From: Thermoplasmatota archaeon
Lineage (GTDB): Archaea > Thermoplasmatota > Penumbrarchaeia > Penumbrarchaeales > EX4484-36
Reading direction: 5' to 3'
NCBI GenBank assembly: GCA_029932465.1
Contig: JAOZQA010000006.1
Span: 1 to 57,243, forward strand
DNA: 57,243 nt
Position 1 is the first letter of the stretch. Every line of letters starts with the position of its first letter. The notes beneath the pieces were generated by a model, which was given only the letters and a program-made list of their open reading frames with translations, did not search any database and had not been told where the DNA came from. The translations under genes were made by a program, and so were the position numbers. This document shows, piece by piece, positions 1 through 10,223 of the stretch.

Positions 1-1
1 G

Positions 2-58
2 GCAATGGGTGTTGGAGCAGGGATAGGTGTGTGGATGTTTCTTAAGAAGAGGAGATAA
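2..58 (+). CDS. 3' end of a membrane-anchored protein (partial, enters from left edge)
   Basis: Translates AMGVGAGIGVWMFLKKRR*: hydrophobic segment plus basic tail typical of a C-terminal anchor. Confidence 0.7.
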   Translation, partial: AMGVGAGIGVWMFLKKRR

Positions 59-272
59 ATTCTTGAAGGGCTTAACATCTCTTCTGAATCATCCTTTTCA
101 GAGGTGGGAGAGAGGGTAGCAGGAAGGTTGTACAACAAATGTAACTTTTAGGGTATAGTCAATCTGTCTATTCATGTTCCCTCCTAAAATGTGTTTTTTC
201 AATTTGCTTTGAGCTCACCATGATGAATCGCCACGCATCTCTTTCTACCTTTTGAGCAATTATGTTTTCCTC

Positions 273-1037
273 TCATGTCGTATCTTTTATCGTGATCGTG
301 CACATTTCGGAATAAAGAGTACCGACCCATTGATTTGGGATCACTTCTCCCATGCCTGAAAAGTACCATGCTTTTATGAGATATTTTCCAAGAGTTAAAT
401 TATAGGAAAGTTGTAAATTCGTTATTGTGTAAGTAACTGTTTGATGGGGAGCAAGTTTAATTATTTCTGGAATACCGGGTATTATTATATCCCTCCGTTT
501 AAGTATTCTGAGATTCGAATCGATTATTGTAAATCCCACATTTCCAAAGCCAAATGAAGGGGCACTCATAAAGATAGAGCGATTTTTTAAGTTCTTGAGA
601 GAAATCGTCACATTTATGGGTTCACTTGTGGAAAAATTCGTTTTTTCCATGATCATAGAGAAAAGGGGTATCGGCTCAACATAGACATTACATATATCCG
701 AACTAGATAATCCGCCATTATCTGTCACTCTGTAAACTGCCCTGTAACTCCTATTAGGCTCAAAAAAAGTATAGGTCGGAGGAGAAGATGTTGCTGTGGA
801 ATTCCAATCGAATTTCCCATCTCCGTCAAAATCCCATTCTTCCAGAACGATTTTCCCATCTGTGTCGTAACTTATCCCGTTAAAAATCACTGGTTGACCA
901 GGATCCACATATAAGTCATGTCCAGCATCAGCTGTGGGGGGTCGGTTTGTAACAAAAAATTTCTGAATTATCATTGTTGTAGCTATTACTATAGCTAGAA
1001 TTACTATGGCAATAATTATCTTTACAGTCTTTTTCAT
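273..1037 (-). CDS. PKD-domain membrane/secreted protein
   Basis: N-terminal hydrophobic helix, then NRPPTADAG...SYDTDGKIV..EWDFDGDG...VTDNGG PKD signature. AT-rich versus neighbours. GAGGTGA RBS upstream. Confidence 0.8.
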   Translation of the reverse strand: MKKTVKIIIAIVILAIVIATTMIIQKFFVTNRPPTADAGHDLYVDPGQPVIFNGISYDTDGKIVLEEWDFDGDGKFDWNSTATSSPPTYTFFEPNRSYRAVYRVTDNGGLSSSDICNVYVEPIPLFSMIMEKTNFSTSEPINVTISLKNLKNRSIFMSAPSFGFGNVGFTIIDSNLRILKRRDIIIPGIPEIIKLAPHQTVTYTITNLQLSYNLTLGKYLIKAWYFSGMGEVIPNQWVGTLYSEMCTITIKDTT

Positions 1038-1145
1038 ACACTCACCTCATGCGCCCCCATGGAGATCAGAAGAAAATAGTCTCTGATAATATATACTTCT
1101 TTTGCCTTCTGCATTGGAATTACCCCCCTCCCCGGGAGGTACCAC

Positions 1146-2405
1146 TTAGAAAAGTCTCGTCTGAAGGCTTCTTTTCAGGAAGCGTGACTTCTCCAATACC
1201 CCCGGGATCCTGACAACTCTCTCAAGGTGTTTTAAAAGGTCCTCTCTGGATGAAAATATGAGGGGTCTCTTTGTCAGGGCTCTGCGGGTGGTCTCCCGAA
1301 TCACCCAAACGCCTAATGGGGCCCAGTACTCGCTGGTGATCCTTCTTATCACCGTTATGGTTGCACACCTCCCTGTTCTTCTCAGGTATTCGGCCACCGC
1401 GAGCCTGGCGGCGTAATAGGCCCCCTCGATCTCCCCGGCATAATCTCTTCTTCCGGCGACCCCCTCGTAGTCGTGCAGTATCCTACTGGACTCTCCCCAG
1501 AAGGCTCCTTTCTGCCACTGTTCCAGCATCTCGAACTGAAGTGGCCCGGGCTGGAGGACTACGTGGATGTGGTTGCCCGCGTAGACCTCGTAGAAATAGA
1601 TGGGGGAGTCCACTGGGGGATTAGATGCGACCTCGTCCCTCATCTTCTTAAAGAGTATGTCATCGGTTGCCGTTATGCTCCAGCGGGTGGGAACCAGCCT
1701 TCTCCTCCCACCTACGCCCAGGGTCCCCACTGAGAGGAGCTGCACTATCTTCTCCAAGGGTACCCCGCTCAGGTAGAGCTCCCAGACGGCATCCTCCGCC
1801 TTCATGTCTGTATCGTAGACTGCCCTCTCAAGGGGTCGCAGCGTTCTGGGGTTTTCCGCGAGAATAAAGCGCCTGAAATCTACTGACGGTCCGAAAGGCA
1901 TTTCGATCCTGTTCAATGTAGGGGTGAGGTTTTTTGGGACCTTGTTCAGCCACAGTTCGCAGTCAACAGGTCTCACTGATAGGGCGAGTTCTTGGAGGCC
2001 CTCCAGGGTCCTCCCCACCTCCCCCTTCAGCCTCGCTTCATCCACCACAGGATAGCTGCTCAGGCGGAGAGAATCGAGCCCGGGTGTCCGCACGTTGAGA
2101 GGTCTCTTTCCTCTTATAAGAGTAGACCTTATGGCATAAACATCCTCTATGGGCCTTCCCCACAGGGAAGACCCCAGCACGTATTCAGAGGTGTCCTCTT
2201 TGAGGGGAGGCAAAAGGGGTCCTATGTTTATGTTGGGGTAGTTGTGCCTTCCCACGAAGACCTCCGGAGGAGATGAACCGAAGATCTCCCTGCCTCTGAT
2301 CTCCACTTTGGGGAGTTTTCTCTTAATTCCGGCAAGGAGCGGACAAGGAGAGATGCCGCAGAGGTTCTTCCCGCCCTTGCAGAGGATGCAGTAGGGATAA
2401 GCCAT
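1146..2405 (-). CDS. nreA: Nre-family DNA repair protein
   Basis: N-terminal CxxCxGxxxLCGxxxCP, GSSPPEVFVGRxNYP, LVPTRWSITATD, YWAPLGVWVIRE motifs. C-terminal PIP-like QTRLF. Confidence 0.9.
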   Translation of the reverse strand: MAYPYCILCKGGKNLCGISPCPLLAGIKRKLPKVEIRGREIFGSSPPEVFVGRHNYPNINIGPLLPPLKEDTSEYVLGSSLWGRPIEDVYAIRSTLIRGKRPLNVRTPGLDSLRLSSYPVVDEARLKGEVGRTLEGLQELALSVRPVDCELWLNKVPKNLTPTLNRIEMPFGPSVDFRRFILAENPRTLRPLERAVYDTDMKAEDAVWELYLSGVPLEKIVQLLSVGTLGVGGRRRLVPTRWSITATDDILFKKMRDEVASNPPVDSPIYFYEVYAGNHIHVVLQPGPLQFEMLEQWQKGAFWGESSRILHDYEGVAGRRDYAGEIEGAYYAARLAVAEYLRRTGRCATITVIRRITSEYWAPLGVWVIRETTRRALTKRPLIFSSREDLLKHLERVVRIPGVLEKSRFLKRSLQTRLF

Positions 2406-2479
2406 GTCGCTGCCATAGAAACTTAAAATATGAAATAAGTTTTGGGTAGGGTCTTTACTGAAGAACCTCCCAACACCGG

Positions 2480-3787
2480 GTGAAGCCTATGAAAGATGAA
2501 TTTGTGTCAATAAAAGACATAATGGAGGGTAAACACACTGGAGAGAGGGTGAAAGTAAGGGGCTGGATCTACCGCACTAGGGGGACAAAGAAACTCCGTT
2601 TCATAGTCCTCAGGAATGTGACAGGAATCATCCAGGTGACGGTTGTCAAAGGGGAGGTGCCGGATGAGGACTTCAGAGATGCTGATAAGGCCCTTGTGGA
2701 GTCCTCCCTCTGGGTTGAAGGGGTGGTGCGGAAGGATGAGAGAGCCCCCGGGGGGTACGAGATCCTCGCCGAGAGGGTCCACATAATCCACTTCGCTGAG
2801 GTTTTCCCTATAACCAAGGATAAGAGCGACGAGTTCCTCATGGAGGTGCGGCACCTCTGGCTTCGCTCAAGACAAATGACGGAGACCCTGAAGGTGCGCT
2901 CGGAGGTCTTCAAACTCTTCAGGGAGTTCTTCCTGGAGAGGGGTTTCTACGAGGCCCACTCCCCCATCTTCGTCACAGGCGCCTGCGAAGGTGGGTCCAC
3001 TCTCTTCCCTGTTAAATACTTCGGGAAGGAGGTCTATCTCACCCAGTCCTGGCAGCTCTACGCTGAGGCGATGATATATTCCCTTGAGAGAATATTCACC
3101 GTAGCCCCCTCCTTCAGGGCTGAGAAGTCCCGCACCAGGAGGCATCTTACGGAGTTCTGGCACGGGGAGGTGGAGGCGGCGTGGATGGGAAATGAGGAGA
3201 TGATGAAGCTTGAGGAGGAGATGATGGAGTACATCCTCAGGGGAGTCCTTCGGAGGAGACGGGATGAACTGGAATTCTTGGGGAGGGACCCAAAGAGACT
3301 GGAGGAGATATCCCCTCCCTTCGAGAGGGTGCCCTATAGGAAGGTCCTTGAAATCCTGCAGGAGAAGGGCTTTGAGATGAAGTGGGGGGATGACCTCGGA
3401 TACGAGGAGGAGAAGGCACTGACAGAGGACTTTACCCAGCCCTTCTTCATAACTCAATTTCCACGGACCAAGGGATTCTACCACAGGCCCGACCCGGAGA
3501 ACCCTGAAGTCCTGCTCTGCCACGACATGTTGGCGCCGGAGGGCTACGGTGAGATTATAGGGGGAGGAGAGAGGATTTGGGAGAAGGACGTTCTCATGGA
3601 GAGGATCCGAGAATTCGGGCTGGACCCCGAAAACTATGAGTGGTACATAGACCTGAGAAGGTACGGTTCCGTCCCTCACTCCGGGTTCGGCCTGGGAATG
3701 GACCGCTTCGTGACGTGGCTTGCGGACCTAAAGCACATCAAATACGCCATACCTTTCCCGAGGACCATAAGGCGGGTCACACCCTAG
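2480..3787 (+). CDS. asnS: Asparagine--tRNA ligase
   Basis: OB-fold N-terminus, EGGSTLF, LTQSWQLY, FRAEKSRTRRHLTEFWH, DLRRYGSVPHSGFGLG (class IIb, AsnRS-type). Start may be ATG 2489. Confidence 0.93.
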   Translation: MKPMKDEFVSIKDIMEGKHTGERVKVRGWIYRTRGTKKLRFIVLRNVTGIIQVTVVKGEVPDEDFRDADKALVESSLWVEGVVRKDERAPGGYEILAERVHIIHFAEVFPITKDKSDEFLMEVRHLWLRSRQMTETLKVRSEVFKLFREFFLERGFYEAHSPIFVTGACEGGSTLFPVKYFGKEVYLTQSWQLYAEAMIYSLERIFTVAPSFRAEKSRTRRHLTEFWHGEVEAAWMGNEEMMKLEEEMMEYILRGVLRRRRDELEFLGRDPKRLEEISPPFERVPYRKVLEILQEKGFEMKWGDDLGYEEEKALTEDFTQPFFITQFPRTKGFYHRPDPENPEVLLCHDMLAPEGYGEIIGGGERIWEKDVLMERIREFGLDPENYEWYIDLRRYGSVPHSGFGLGMDRFVTWLADLKHIKYAIPFPRTIRRVTP

Positions 3788-3829
3788 CCAGAAAAGTTTA
3801 AAGAGAATAGAGTTTATCAATCCGGACAG

Positions 3830-6800
3830 GTGAGATATATGCGTAGCCCCTTCGGGATGTTACAGATAGTTATCACGATACTTCTGCTTTCATTATCAAT
3901 GGTGGGGGTCCACGCCACCTGGGGGGAGAGGGGTAGCACCGCCAGCTTTCTTACTAGTTACCCCTCTGTGAGGTCTTCTGTAGCGGAATCGGAACCCAAC
4001 AACGACATAAACACCGCCGATCCCCTACCCCGCACCCTAACGGGTCTCAACGTCACTGGGGGCGTTACCCCCTCGGATTATTCTGACTTCTTCCGCATAG
4101 ACCTTCAGGGCGGCGGTGGTCTCCACGTGGACAGACTTTCCATAACTGCAAACTCCATCAATTCCACGGATATGCGGAATATGACGCTTTTCGTGATAGT
4201 GTGGGGTGTCTATCCCCCGGGGGGGGATATCCACTCCATAGTGGTCGGTTACTTTACTAGCTTCTATACCCCTACTTTTTACTTCACCGCCGCCTACACG
4301 GGGAGATATTACATAGAGCTCCGCCACCCCGGAGCGGGATATCCCTCCTGCACATACAACCTCTCCTTCACTGTCAGCAGGGTCACCCCCAGGGACACCT
4401 ACAACGACATAGAAAGCGGCCTAAACGTCACAGGAAGTATCCTCAACGAGAGGATAGAAGAGCCCTACGATTACATAGATGTCTACAGGGTGGTGGCCCC
4501 AGATCCCGACCACTGGCCTACCAATGTGACCTTCGACCTGGACATTCTGAATTCCTACGGGCTCACCAGCGGAACGATGGCTTACTACACGCTCCTTAGC
4601 GTCTACCTTATCTACCCCCTGAAAAGCAACCCCTCCCAGCTCAGGGTGGAGAGGACCTATTACGTCACCCAGAGCTCTAGGGCAGCCCCGGGGAGGCTTC
4701 GGGAACCCGTGAAGTGCCAGATGATAGCGAACTTCACTGAGGCATACATCGTTGTGGTGGCGGAGATCGAGGGATATGACTCCACAACGCCCAACTTGAG
4801 ATACCTGGGGTCCTTCATGAACGCCTGGGCCACTTACAATCTGAACAACCTGACCGTGAAGGCGGAGATCCCAAATTTTGCCCCTAAACTGAGGGACGGC
4901 AGGGTCTACCCCCCCCAGGGCAGGACCAATCAGAGCTACACCTTTGAGGTGTATTATTGGGACTACAACAACGATCCCCCCTCCTATATCTACGTGACAG
5001 TGGACAGTGTGAACTACAGGATGCTCAGGGCCGCAGGCGAGGACGGCAACTACACCAACTGGGAGAAGTATGTGGCCGAGATCCCAGGGATGTTTTTAGG
5101 GGAGGGGATACACACCTTCAACTTCTCTGCCAGCGACGGCAAGCTCCCCGCCACAGGGGATATAGGGAGCCATGTGGGCCCCATAATAGATGACAGCCTC
5201 CCACCCTATCTCAAGGTCCAGAACGTAACCCTGCGTATGGATGAGGATTCCGGGGCCCACTACTACTCTCTCAGCGACTGGATAGGCGACCCCAACCCCG
5301 AGGAGACGCTTCAGTTCTTCCTCTGGCAGGGTGGCTCGTGGACAAGCACTTTTATGGGGGAGGTGGTGAAGGCAGACATTGTAATGGGGGGAGAGATAGG
5401 AGAGGAGGGTGCTTATCTGAAGATTACCCCCCTCTCCGACGCCTTCGGCAGCGAGACACTCCTCATTAACGCCTCCGATCCCCGGGGACTCACCCTCACC
5501 CGACCTCTTGAGGTTAGGGTGGAGGTTCAGAACGTAAATGACCCGCCGCAGATCAGGAGGGTGGCGGGTGTGGATACCACCGAGGAGAAGGAGGTATCCC
5601 TGCGGGTGAAGCAGGGCTCCTGGCTCACAATCCCAATAGATGTTGAGGACCCCGACGGGGAGACACCTATGGTGCACTGGAACGTGCAGGAGGTCCTCTA
5701 CGGAGCGGTGTGGGGGGAGAACTTCTACGTGGATGACGACGGTAAGCTCCACGTGAAGCCTTCCGATGGGGATGTACCGGGCTTTACCCTGACCCTCACC
5801 GTCACTGATGAGCACGGAAGCAGAGATTCAGTAAAGGTCCTGGTAGAGGTTCAAAACGTAAACGATCCGCCCGTCATCGAGCTGCCGGAGATTGTGGAGG
5901 CCTATCAGGGGGATACAATACCAATCGTGCCAGTCTTCAGCGATCCCGACCTTGACAGCGGGGATGTACTCACCTTCTCCACAAACGCCATAAAGAAGAT
6001 TCCCGGGACGGTGAGGGGTAAGAACTACTTCTTCGACACCACAAGCGGCAACCTGACCCTAATAGTCGACAGGGAGGAGATGGTGGGGGAGTGGAACGTG
6101 AGCATAACAGTGACGGACCTGGAAGGTCTCTCAAGCACAGCCTATGTAAGATTGATAGTAAGGAACCTGAACGACCCACCATCTGTTGGCTTCATCAACG
6201 CCTACAGCCCTGCCTCCAACCTCACCATTCTGGCCACGGCGGAGGGCTTCTCAGACCCCGACGGGGATATCCTCACCTATATATGGGACTTTGGGGACGG
6301 TTCCGAGCCGGTGGAGGGTGAGGAGCTCACAAGTGTAGTGCACACCTATCCCCGGGGAGGGAACTACACCATCATCGTTGTGGTATCCGACGGGGAGCTC
6401 TCCTCACTGCCGGTGTTGCTTACGATCTTTGTGACCCAGCCCCCTCCGCCCGAGGACGGCGACGGTGACGGCATGAACGATCAGTGGGAGAGAACGTTCT
6501 TCCTTGACCCCGAAGACCCCGAGGACGCGAAGGAGGACCCCGACGGCGACGGCCTCACCAATCTAGAGGAGTGGAAGAATGGGACAAACCCCTACGACCC
6601 TGACAGCGATGATGATGGTTACAGCGACGGATATGAGGTTCGCCATGGCACGGACCCGACTTCAGCCTCCTCTAGGCCGTTGGAGATATTCCCCGGCACC
6701 TCCCTTGTGAACTCCATACTGATATTGATTCTTCTCCTCTCGGCTATTGTGCTCCTCGTCATCCTCTTGAAGGGCTACTCCTTCTACAGGAGGGCCTCGG

Positions 6801-7144
6801 CCAAGCTCACGGAGGCTGTTCAGCCTCAGGCGGCACCCCCTGAGGTGTACATCGCTCCAGTGGAGGAGACACAGCCAGGATACCCTGAGGAGTACGGGGC
6901 TGTGGAGGAAGCTGTTGGCTGGGCGGAGGAGCCGCAGGCCTACGCCGCAGAGGAGGTTTACCCCTCAGCCGGTGAGGAATACACCGCAAGGGGAAGTGGC
7001 TGGGAGGGGTATCAGGCCGCCCCACCAGAGGAGGTACCTAGCTCGTACGGGGAGTATCCGCAGGAGGGCTATTACGGCGAGACCTACCAGCAGCAGGCTG
7101 AGGTAGGTGAGGAGAAGACTGTGGAGGAGGAGGGCCGGGGCTAG
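3830..7144 (+). CDS. Cell-surface protein with cadherin-like (VNDPP) repeats, PKD domain, Ca-binding DxDxDG repeats, TM anchor and acidic cytoplasmic tail
   Basis: Signal peptide, ESEPNND, three NxNDPP repeats, YIWDFGDGS, DGDGDG/DPDGDG/DSDDDG, hydrophobic helix near aa 965-985. Confidence 0.85.
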   Translation: MRYMRSPFGMLQIVITILLLSLSMVGVHATWGERGSTASFLTSYPSVRSSVAESEPNNDINTADPLPRTLTGLNVTGGVTPSDYSDFFRIDLQGGGGLHVDRLSITANSINSTDMRNMTLFVIVWGVYPPGGDIHSIVVGYFTSFYTPTFYFTAAYTGRYYIELRHPGAGYPSCTYNLSFTVSRVTPRDTYNDIESGLNVTGSILNERIEEPYDYIDVYRVVAPDPDHWPTNVTFDLDILNSYGLTSGTMAYYTLLSVYLIYPLKSNPSQLRVERTYYVTQSSRAAPGRLREPVKCQMIANFTEAYIVVVAEIEGYDSTTPNLRYLGSFMNAWATYNLNNLTVKAEIPNFAPKLRDGRVYPPQGRTNQSYTFEVYYWDYNNDPPSYIYVTVDSVNYRMLRAAGEDGNYTNWEKYVAEIPGMFLGEGIHTFNFSASDGKLPATGDIGSHVGPIIDDSLPPYLKVQNVTLRMDEDSGAHYYSLSDWIGDPNPEETLQFFLWQGGSWTSTFMGEVVKADIVMGGEIGEEGAYLKITPLSDAFGSETLLINASDPRGLTLTRPLEVRVEVQNVNDPPQIRRVAGVDTTEEKEVSLRVKQGSWLTIPIDVEDPDGETPMVHWNVQEVLYGAVWGENFYVDDDGKLHVKPSDGDVPGFTLTLTVTDEHGSRDSVKVLVEVQNVNDPPVIELPEIVEAYQGDTIPIVPVFSDPDLDSGDVLTFSTNAIKKIPGTVRGKNYFFDTTSGNLTLIVDREEMVGEWNVSITVTDLEGLSSTAYVRLIVRNLNDPPSVGFINAYSPASNLTILATAEGFSDPDGDILTYIWDFGDGSEPVEGEELTSVVHTYPRGGNYTIIVVVSDGELSSLPVLLTIFVTQPPPPEDGDGDGMNDQWERTFFLDPEDPEDAKEDPDGDGLTNLEEWKNGTNPYDPDSDDDGYSDGYEVRHGTDPTSASSRPLEIFPGTSLVNSILILILLLSAIVLLVILLKGYSFYRRASAKLTEAVQPQAAPPEVYIAPVEETQPGYPEEYGAVEEAVGWAEEPQAYAAEEVYPSAGEEYTARGSGWEGYQAAPPEEVPSSYGEYPQEGYYGETYQQQAEVGEEKTVEEEGRG

Positions 7145-7172
7145 CAGTGAAACTGCTCTGGGAGCCGCCCCT

Positions 7173-7937
7173 TCACCCGAAATATTTGAGATCCTCTTGG
7201 GAGGGTTCCTTGGAGAACTGCTTCTCCACGCTCTTTATCTGCTCGGTTATCTCCTCCACCCTCCGGGCTTTGTCCTCTAGCTCCTCGAAGTTTATCTCAA
7301 TCTCAAGGTAGGAGGTCAGGACCTTCAGCACCGCCTTGGCCGAGTTGGGGTCCACGAAGTAGCCTGAGGTCTCCCCCATCAGGCAGGCCCCGTATATCCC
7401 AAAAAGCTTTCCGATGCCCAGAAGGAGCCCTGAGGCACCCACGATGCCGCTTCCGGGCTCCCCTTCATTAAATATGACGCCCAGCTCCTTAAGCTCGTCT
7501 ATCATCATGGGGTCTGAGCTGGCGCCCAGGACCCTTGGGGAGTCTACCAGCCTGCCCACGCCGTAGCCGCCGAGCGTGAAGATTCTCTCCACACCAAGCT
7601 CCCTAGCTAGTTCGATCATGGACCAGGCGAATCTGTATTGGCTCTGATGTGTAAGCCCCTGATAGTCTCCCACAAGGATGATCAGGTCGTTGTCCTTCTT
7701 GGGAAACCTCTTGTAATAGAGGCTGTTCTTCACCTCGCTTATGAGCCCCTTCTCCCCCACGGTGACCTGTGGTGGAAAGTCCACGGAGAAGATCTCACCG
7801 AAGAGCTTTGCGTCCACCTGTTCTATAAGGTGCTCCGCGGCCAGTTTTCCAACGTTTCCCACCCCAGGCAGCCCCTCTACGAGTATGGGGCTATTCAACT
7901 CGGGCAGTTCATACATCTTGAACTCGAACTCTCTCAT
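7173..7937 (-). CDS. Proteasome assembly chaperone PAC2 family protein
   Basis: EGLPGVGNVGKLA, FTLGGY, GIVGASGLLLG, CLMGETSGYFVDP. Conserved position after nop10. Confidence 0.9.
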   Translation of the reverse strand: MREFEFKMYELPELNSPILVEGLPGVGNVGKLAAEHLIEQVDAKLFGEIFSVDFPPQVTVGEKGLISEVKNSLYYKRFPKKDNDLIILVGDYQGLTHQSQYRFAWSMIELARELGVERIFTLGGYGVGRLVDSPRVLGASSDPMMIDELKELGVIFNEGEPGSGIVGASGLLLGIGKLFGIYGACLMGETSGYFVDPNSAKAVLKVLTSYLEIEINFEELEDKARRVEEITEQIKSVEKQFSKEPSQEDLKYFG

Positions 7938-8110
7938 TCACTCACCCCCTTTAACCTCTTAAGCTTCTCCCTTCTTCTATATTCTCCCCAACGATCCTCG
8001 GGAGAGAACCTCGGTGGAAAGGTTGAAACGGTAGACTGGTTGCATCTTGGGCAGATGTCTTTCAGGGTGTATATCCTGCACGAGGGACATCTTTTGATTT
8101 TAGACCTCAT
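7934..8110 (-). CDS. nop10: H/ACA RNP protein Nop10 (58 aa, missing from ORF track)
   Basis: MRSKIKRCPSCRIYTLKDICPRCNQSTVSTFPPRFSPEDRWGEYRR..., with CxxC..YTL..CPxC and PPRFSPED motifs. Lies between eIF2a and PAC2. Confidence 0.93.
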   Translation of the reverse strand: MRSKIKRCPSCRIYTLKDICPRCNQSTVSTFPPRFSPEDRWGEYRRREKLKRLKGVSE

Positions 8111-8114
8111 AATC

Positions 8115-8909
8115 CTACTTCTTTTTTGTATAACACCCCTCCCCGCCCGCCTTCCTGATTGTGCCGATGACGCTCTCCGCTACCTCCTGTATGACGCTTT
8201 CTGCGGTTTTGTAATCCGGTGCCCTCACCCTTATGAGGTAGTTGGGGGCGCCCTGGTACTTAATCTCAACGTCTACCCCCTCGGGAGTGTGCTTTTTCCC
8301 CGTCTTCTCCCCCTCCTCAAGGGCCCTCTTTATGTATTCGATTCCCCTGGGGTCCTTTATCGAAAGGGTGATGTTGCCAGAGATTACCACGAAGGGAGGG
8401 ACCACGTTGTCCCTGACGATTTTTAGGAAGGGCTCCACCCACACGCCGCTATATTTCGAGCGTATAACCTCTTCGTTGGCAGATGCCTGCTCCATGGCGG
8501 TGTAAAGGGAGCCGAACTCCTCCACCAGGTTCCATCCAAACTCCTCCATTAGGGCATCGCTGGTGGTGTTGAGCTCCTCTGCGAGAAGCTCCATGAGCTT
8601 ACGCGCCTTCTGCTCGTTCTTCCACTGCTGTATCTTCTCCCGCCTTTGGTGCTCGTTCACCTGCTTCAGGGAGAGCTCGACGTATCTCTTATTGGGGTCC
8701 ACAGAGAGGACCTTACAGACGACCTTCTGCCCCTCCCTTATGAAATCCCTTATGTATTTCACCCACCCGGAGGACACCTCTGCTATGTGTATGAATCCCT
8801 CCACCCCGGGGTACTCATCCAGATTAACAAAGGCACCGAAGTTCTTCACTTTCTTTACGGTCCCTATGACCAGTTCGCCCTCCTCTATCTGTTCCACGGG
8901 GCTGACCAT
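8115..8909 (-). CDS. eif2a: Translation initiation factor 2 alpha subunit
   Basis: S1 domain (EGELVIGTV..FGAFVNLDEY..GFIHIAEV), GAPNYLIRV..PDYKTAE. Confidence 0.95.
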   Translation of the reverse strand: MVSPVEQIEEGELVIGTVKKVKNFGAFVNLDEYPGVEGFIHIAEVSSGWVKYIRDFIREGQKVVCKVLSVDPNKRYVELSLKQVNEHQRREKIQQWKNEQKARKLMELLAEELNTTSDALMEEFGWNLVEEFGSLYTAMEQASANEEVIRSKYSGVWVEPFLKIVRDNVVPPFVVISGNITLSIKDPRGIEYIKRALEEGEKTGKKHTPEGVDVEIKYQGAPNYLIRVRAPDYKTAESVIQEVAESVIGTIRKAGGEGCYTKKK

Positions 8910-8924
8910 TTTATTACCTCATCA

Positions 8925-9140
8925 TCAGGACATGCTCTTCTGATCGAGCACCTCCACAACCTTGCCTTCTATCTTCGCCTTCCCCCCGGTGGGTGTTGCC
9001 AAGGTGGAGCCACACACAAGGCAGAGGACCCGGGTTGAAGCCTTTGAGAATATCACCTGCTCGTTTCCGCAGTCTGGACAGGTGACCTTGAGAAAGCGGG
9101 ACGTTGGCATTGGTACGACATCTCTCTCCTGAAGAGCCAT
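8925..9140 (-). CDS. rps27e: 30S ribosomal protein S27e
   Basis: [34 protein letters not shown]. Confidence 0.95.
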   Translation of the reverse strand: MALQERDVVPMPTSRFLKVTCPDCGNEQVIFSKASTRVLCLVCGSTLATPTGGKAKIEGKVVEVLDQKSMS

Positions 9141-9142
9141 CT

Positions 9143-9424
9143 TCAGACCTCCACAATCTCAAATCTTTTGGCCCTCTTCCCCTCAACGTTGTGGGATTTC
9201 TTGCAGACCTTACAGGTGTACTTCACGTAATACCTCTTTGTAGGCTTCTCCCTCCCCTCCGGTTTGGGCCTAGGGAAACCGCCGTAGCCCGCTGTGACGC
9301 GTCTGAATCTCCGCTGACCCCACTTGAGCTCCGAGGCCTTTCTCTTCTTCACTTTCGATATCTCGTGCTCCGTATGCTTCCCGCAATACGGACAGTAGGT
9401 CTTCACTGTCTTTGGCACCTTCAT
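9143..9424 (-). CDS. rpl44e: 50S ribosomal protein L44e
   Basis: [43 protein letters not shown]. Start taken at ATG 9424. Confidence 0.95.
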   Translation of the reverse strand: MKVPKTVKTYCPYCGKHTEHEISKVKKRKASELKWGQRRFRRVTAGYGGFPRPKPEGREKPTKRYYVKYTCKVCKKSHNVEGKRAKRFEIVEV

Positions 9425-9472
9425 CTCCCAACACCACTCCACTTGTTTGTAGCGGGCCCTAATAACACAGCC

Positions 9473-9487
9473 TATATAAAAACTATT
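9473..9487 (-). promoter_or_regulatory. TATA box for rpl44e operon
   Basis: Minus-strand aatagTTTTTATATA about 50 nt upstream of the rpl44e start. Confidence 0.55.
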
Positions 9488-10223
9488 CTTCCTGTCCCTC
9501 CTCTGGGAACCTCTCTACCTCCACCGCCTCCCCCCTTTTCTCGGCGCGCCTCAGCAGCTCTGCAAGACTCTCCTCTGCCCTCTCCACCTCCTGAAGGAAG
9601 GCCGCCCTTTTCCAACGAAGGGCCTCCCTGAAAACCGCTCTCCCCTGCCACTTCATTCTCTCACTCTCAACAGTCCTGAAACCCTTAAGCTTCATGACCT
9701 CTCTGTCGAGTATCATGAGGGCCTCCTGAGGCCTCCCTGGGGGTAAGGGATATCTTAAGGCTCCCTTCAGAGCCCTATCCCTTCTCAGGCGGGTGAGGAA
9801 GCTGACGTGCTTCAGATAGAGCTCTGTGAAATCTGCCTCACTTATGTCCACCCCCTTCACGGGCTTACCTTCTCTCAGGCCGTACTCAAGTGCCGCCCGG
9901 AGGGAGGGGGAGGGGAGCTCTACTTCCCCGTACACTTCGAGCACCGCAAGATAGACGCTGTCGGCGGCTGATAAGGCCTCCCTGCCTACCTTCCGGTGGT
10001 TTTCTACAAGATCTTTAAGTCCCTCCAGCTCCTCCGGAGATATGTGGAGAAGCAGGACCTCCGGACGGGCCTCCTCCAAGAGGCGTCTGACCCTCTCCCC
10101 CTCCCTAACTAATCCCTTCACGTAGGGTATGAGGAAAAGGTGCTTTTGCTCTCCCCGGTAGATGAACCGTACGGCGGCTCCCCCGGGGTAGCCGCCCTTA
10201 GGCGGTATCACCTTCCTCTCCAC
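9483..10223 (-). CDS. Hypothetical protein, possibly TraB/GumN-like fold
   Basis: Host-like codon usage. [37 protein letters not shown] pattern, family assignment tentative. Confidence 0.6.
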   Translation of the reverse strand: MERKVIPPKGGYPGGAAVRFIYRGEQKHLFLIPYVKGLVREGERVRRLLEEARPEVLLLHISPEELEGLKDLVENHRKVGREALSAADSVYLAVLEVYGEVELPSPSLRAALEYGLREGKPVKGVDISEADFTELYLKHVSFLTRLRRDRALKGALRYPLPPGRPQEALMILDREVMKLKGFRTVESERMKWQGRAVFREALRWKRAAFLQEVERAEESLAELLRRAEKRGEAVEVERFPEEGQEE

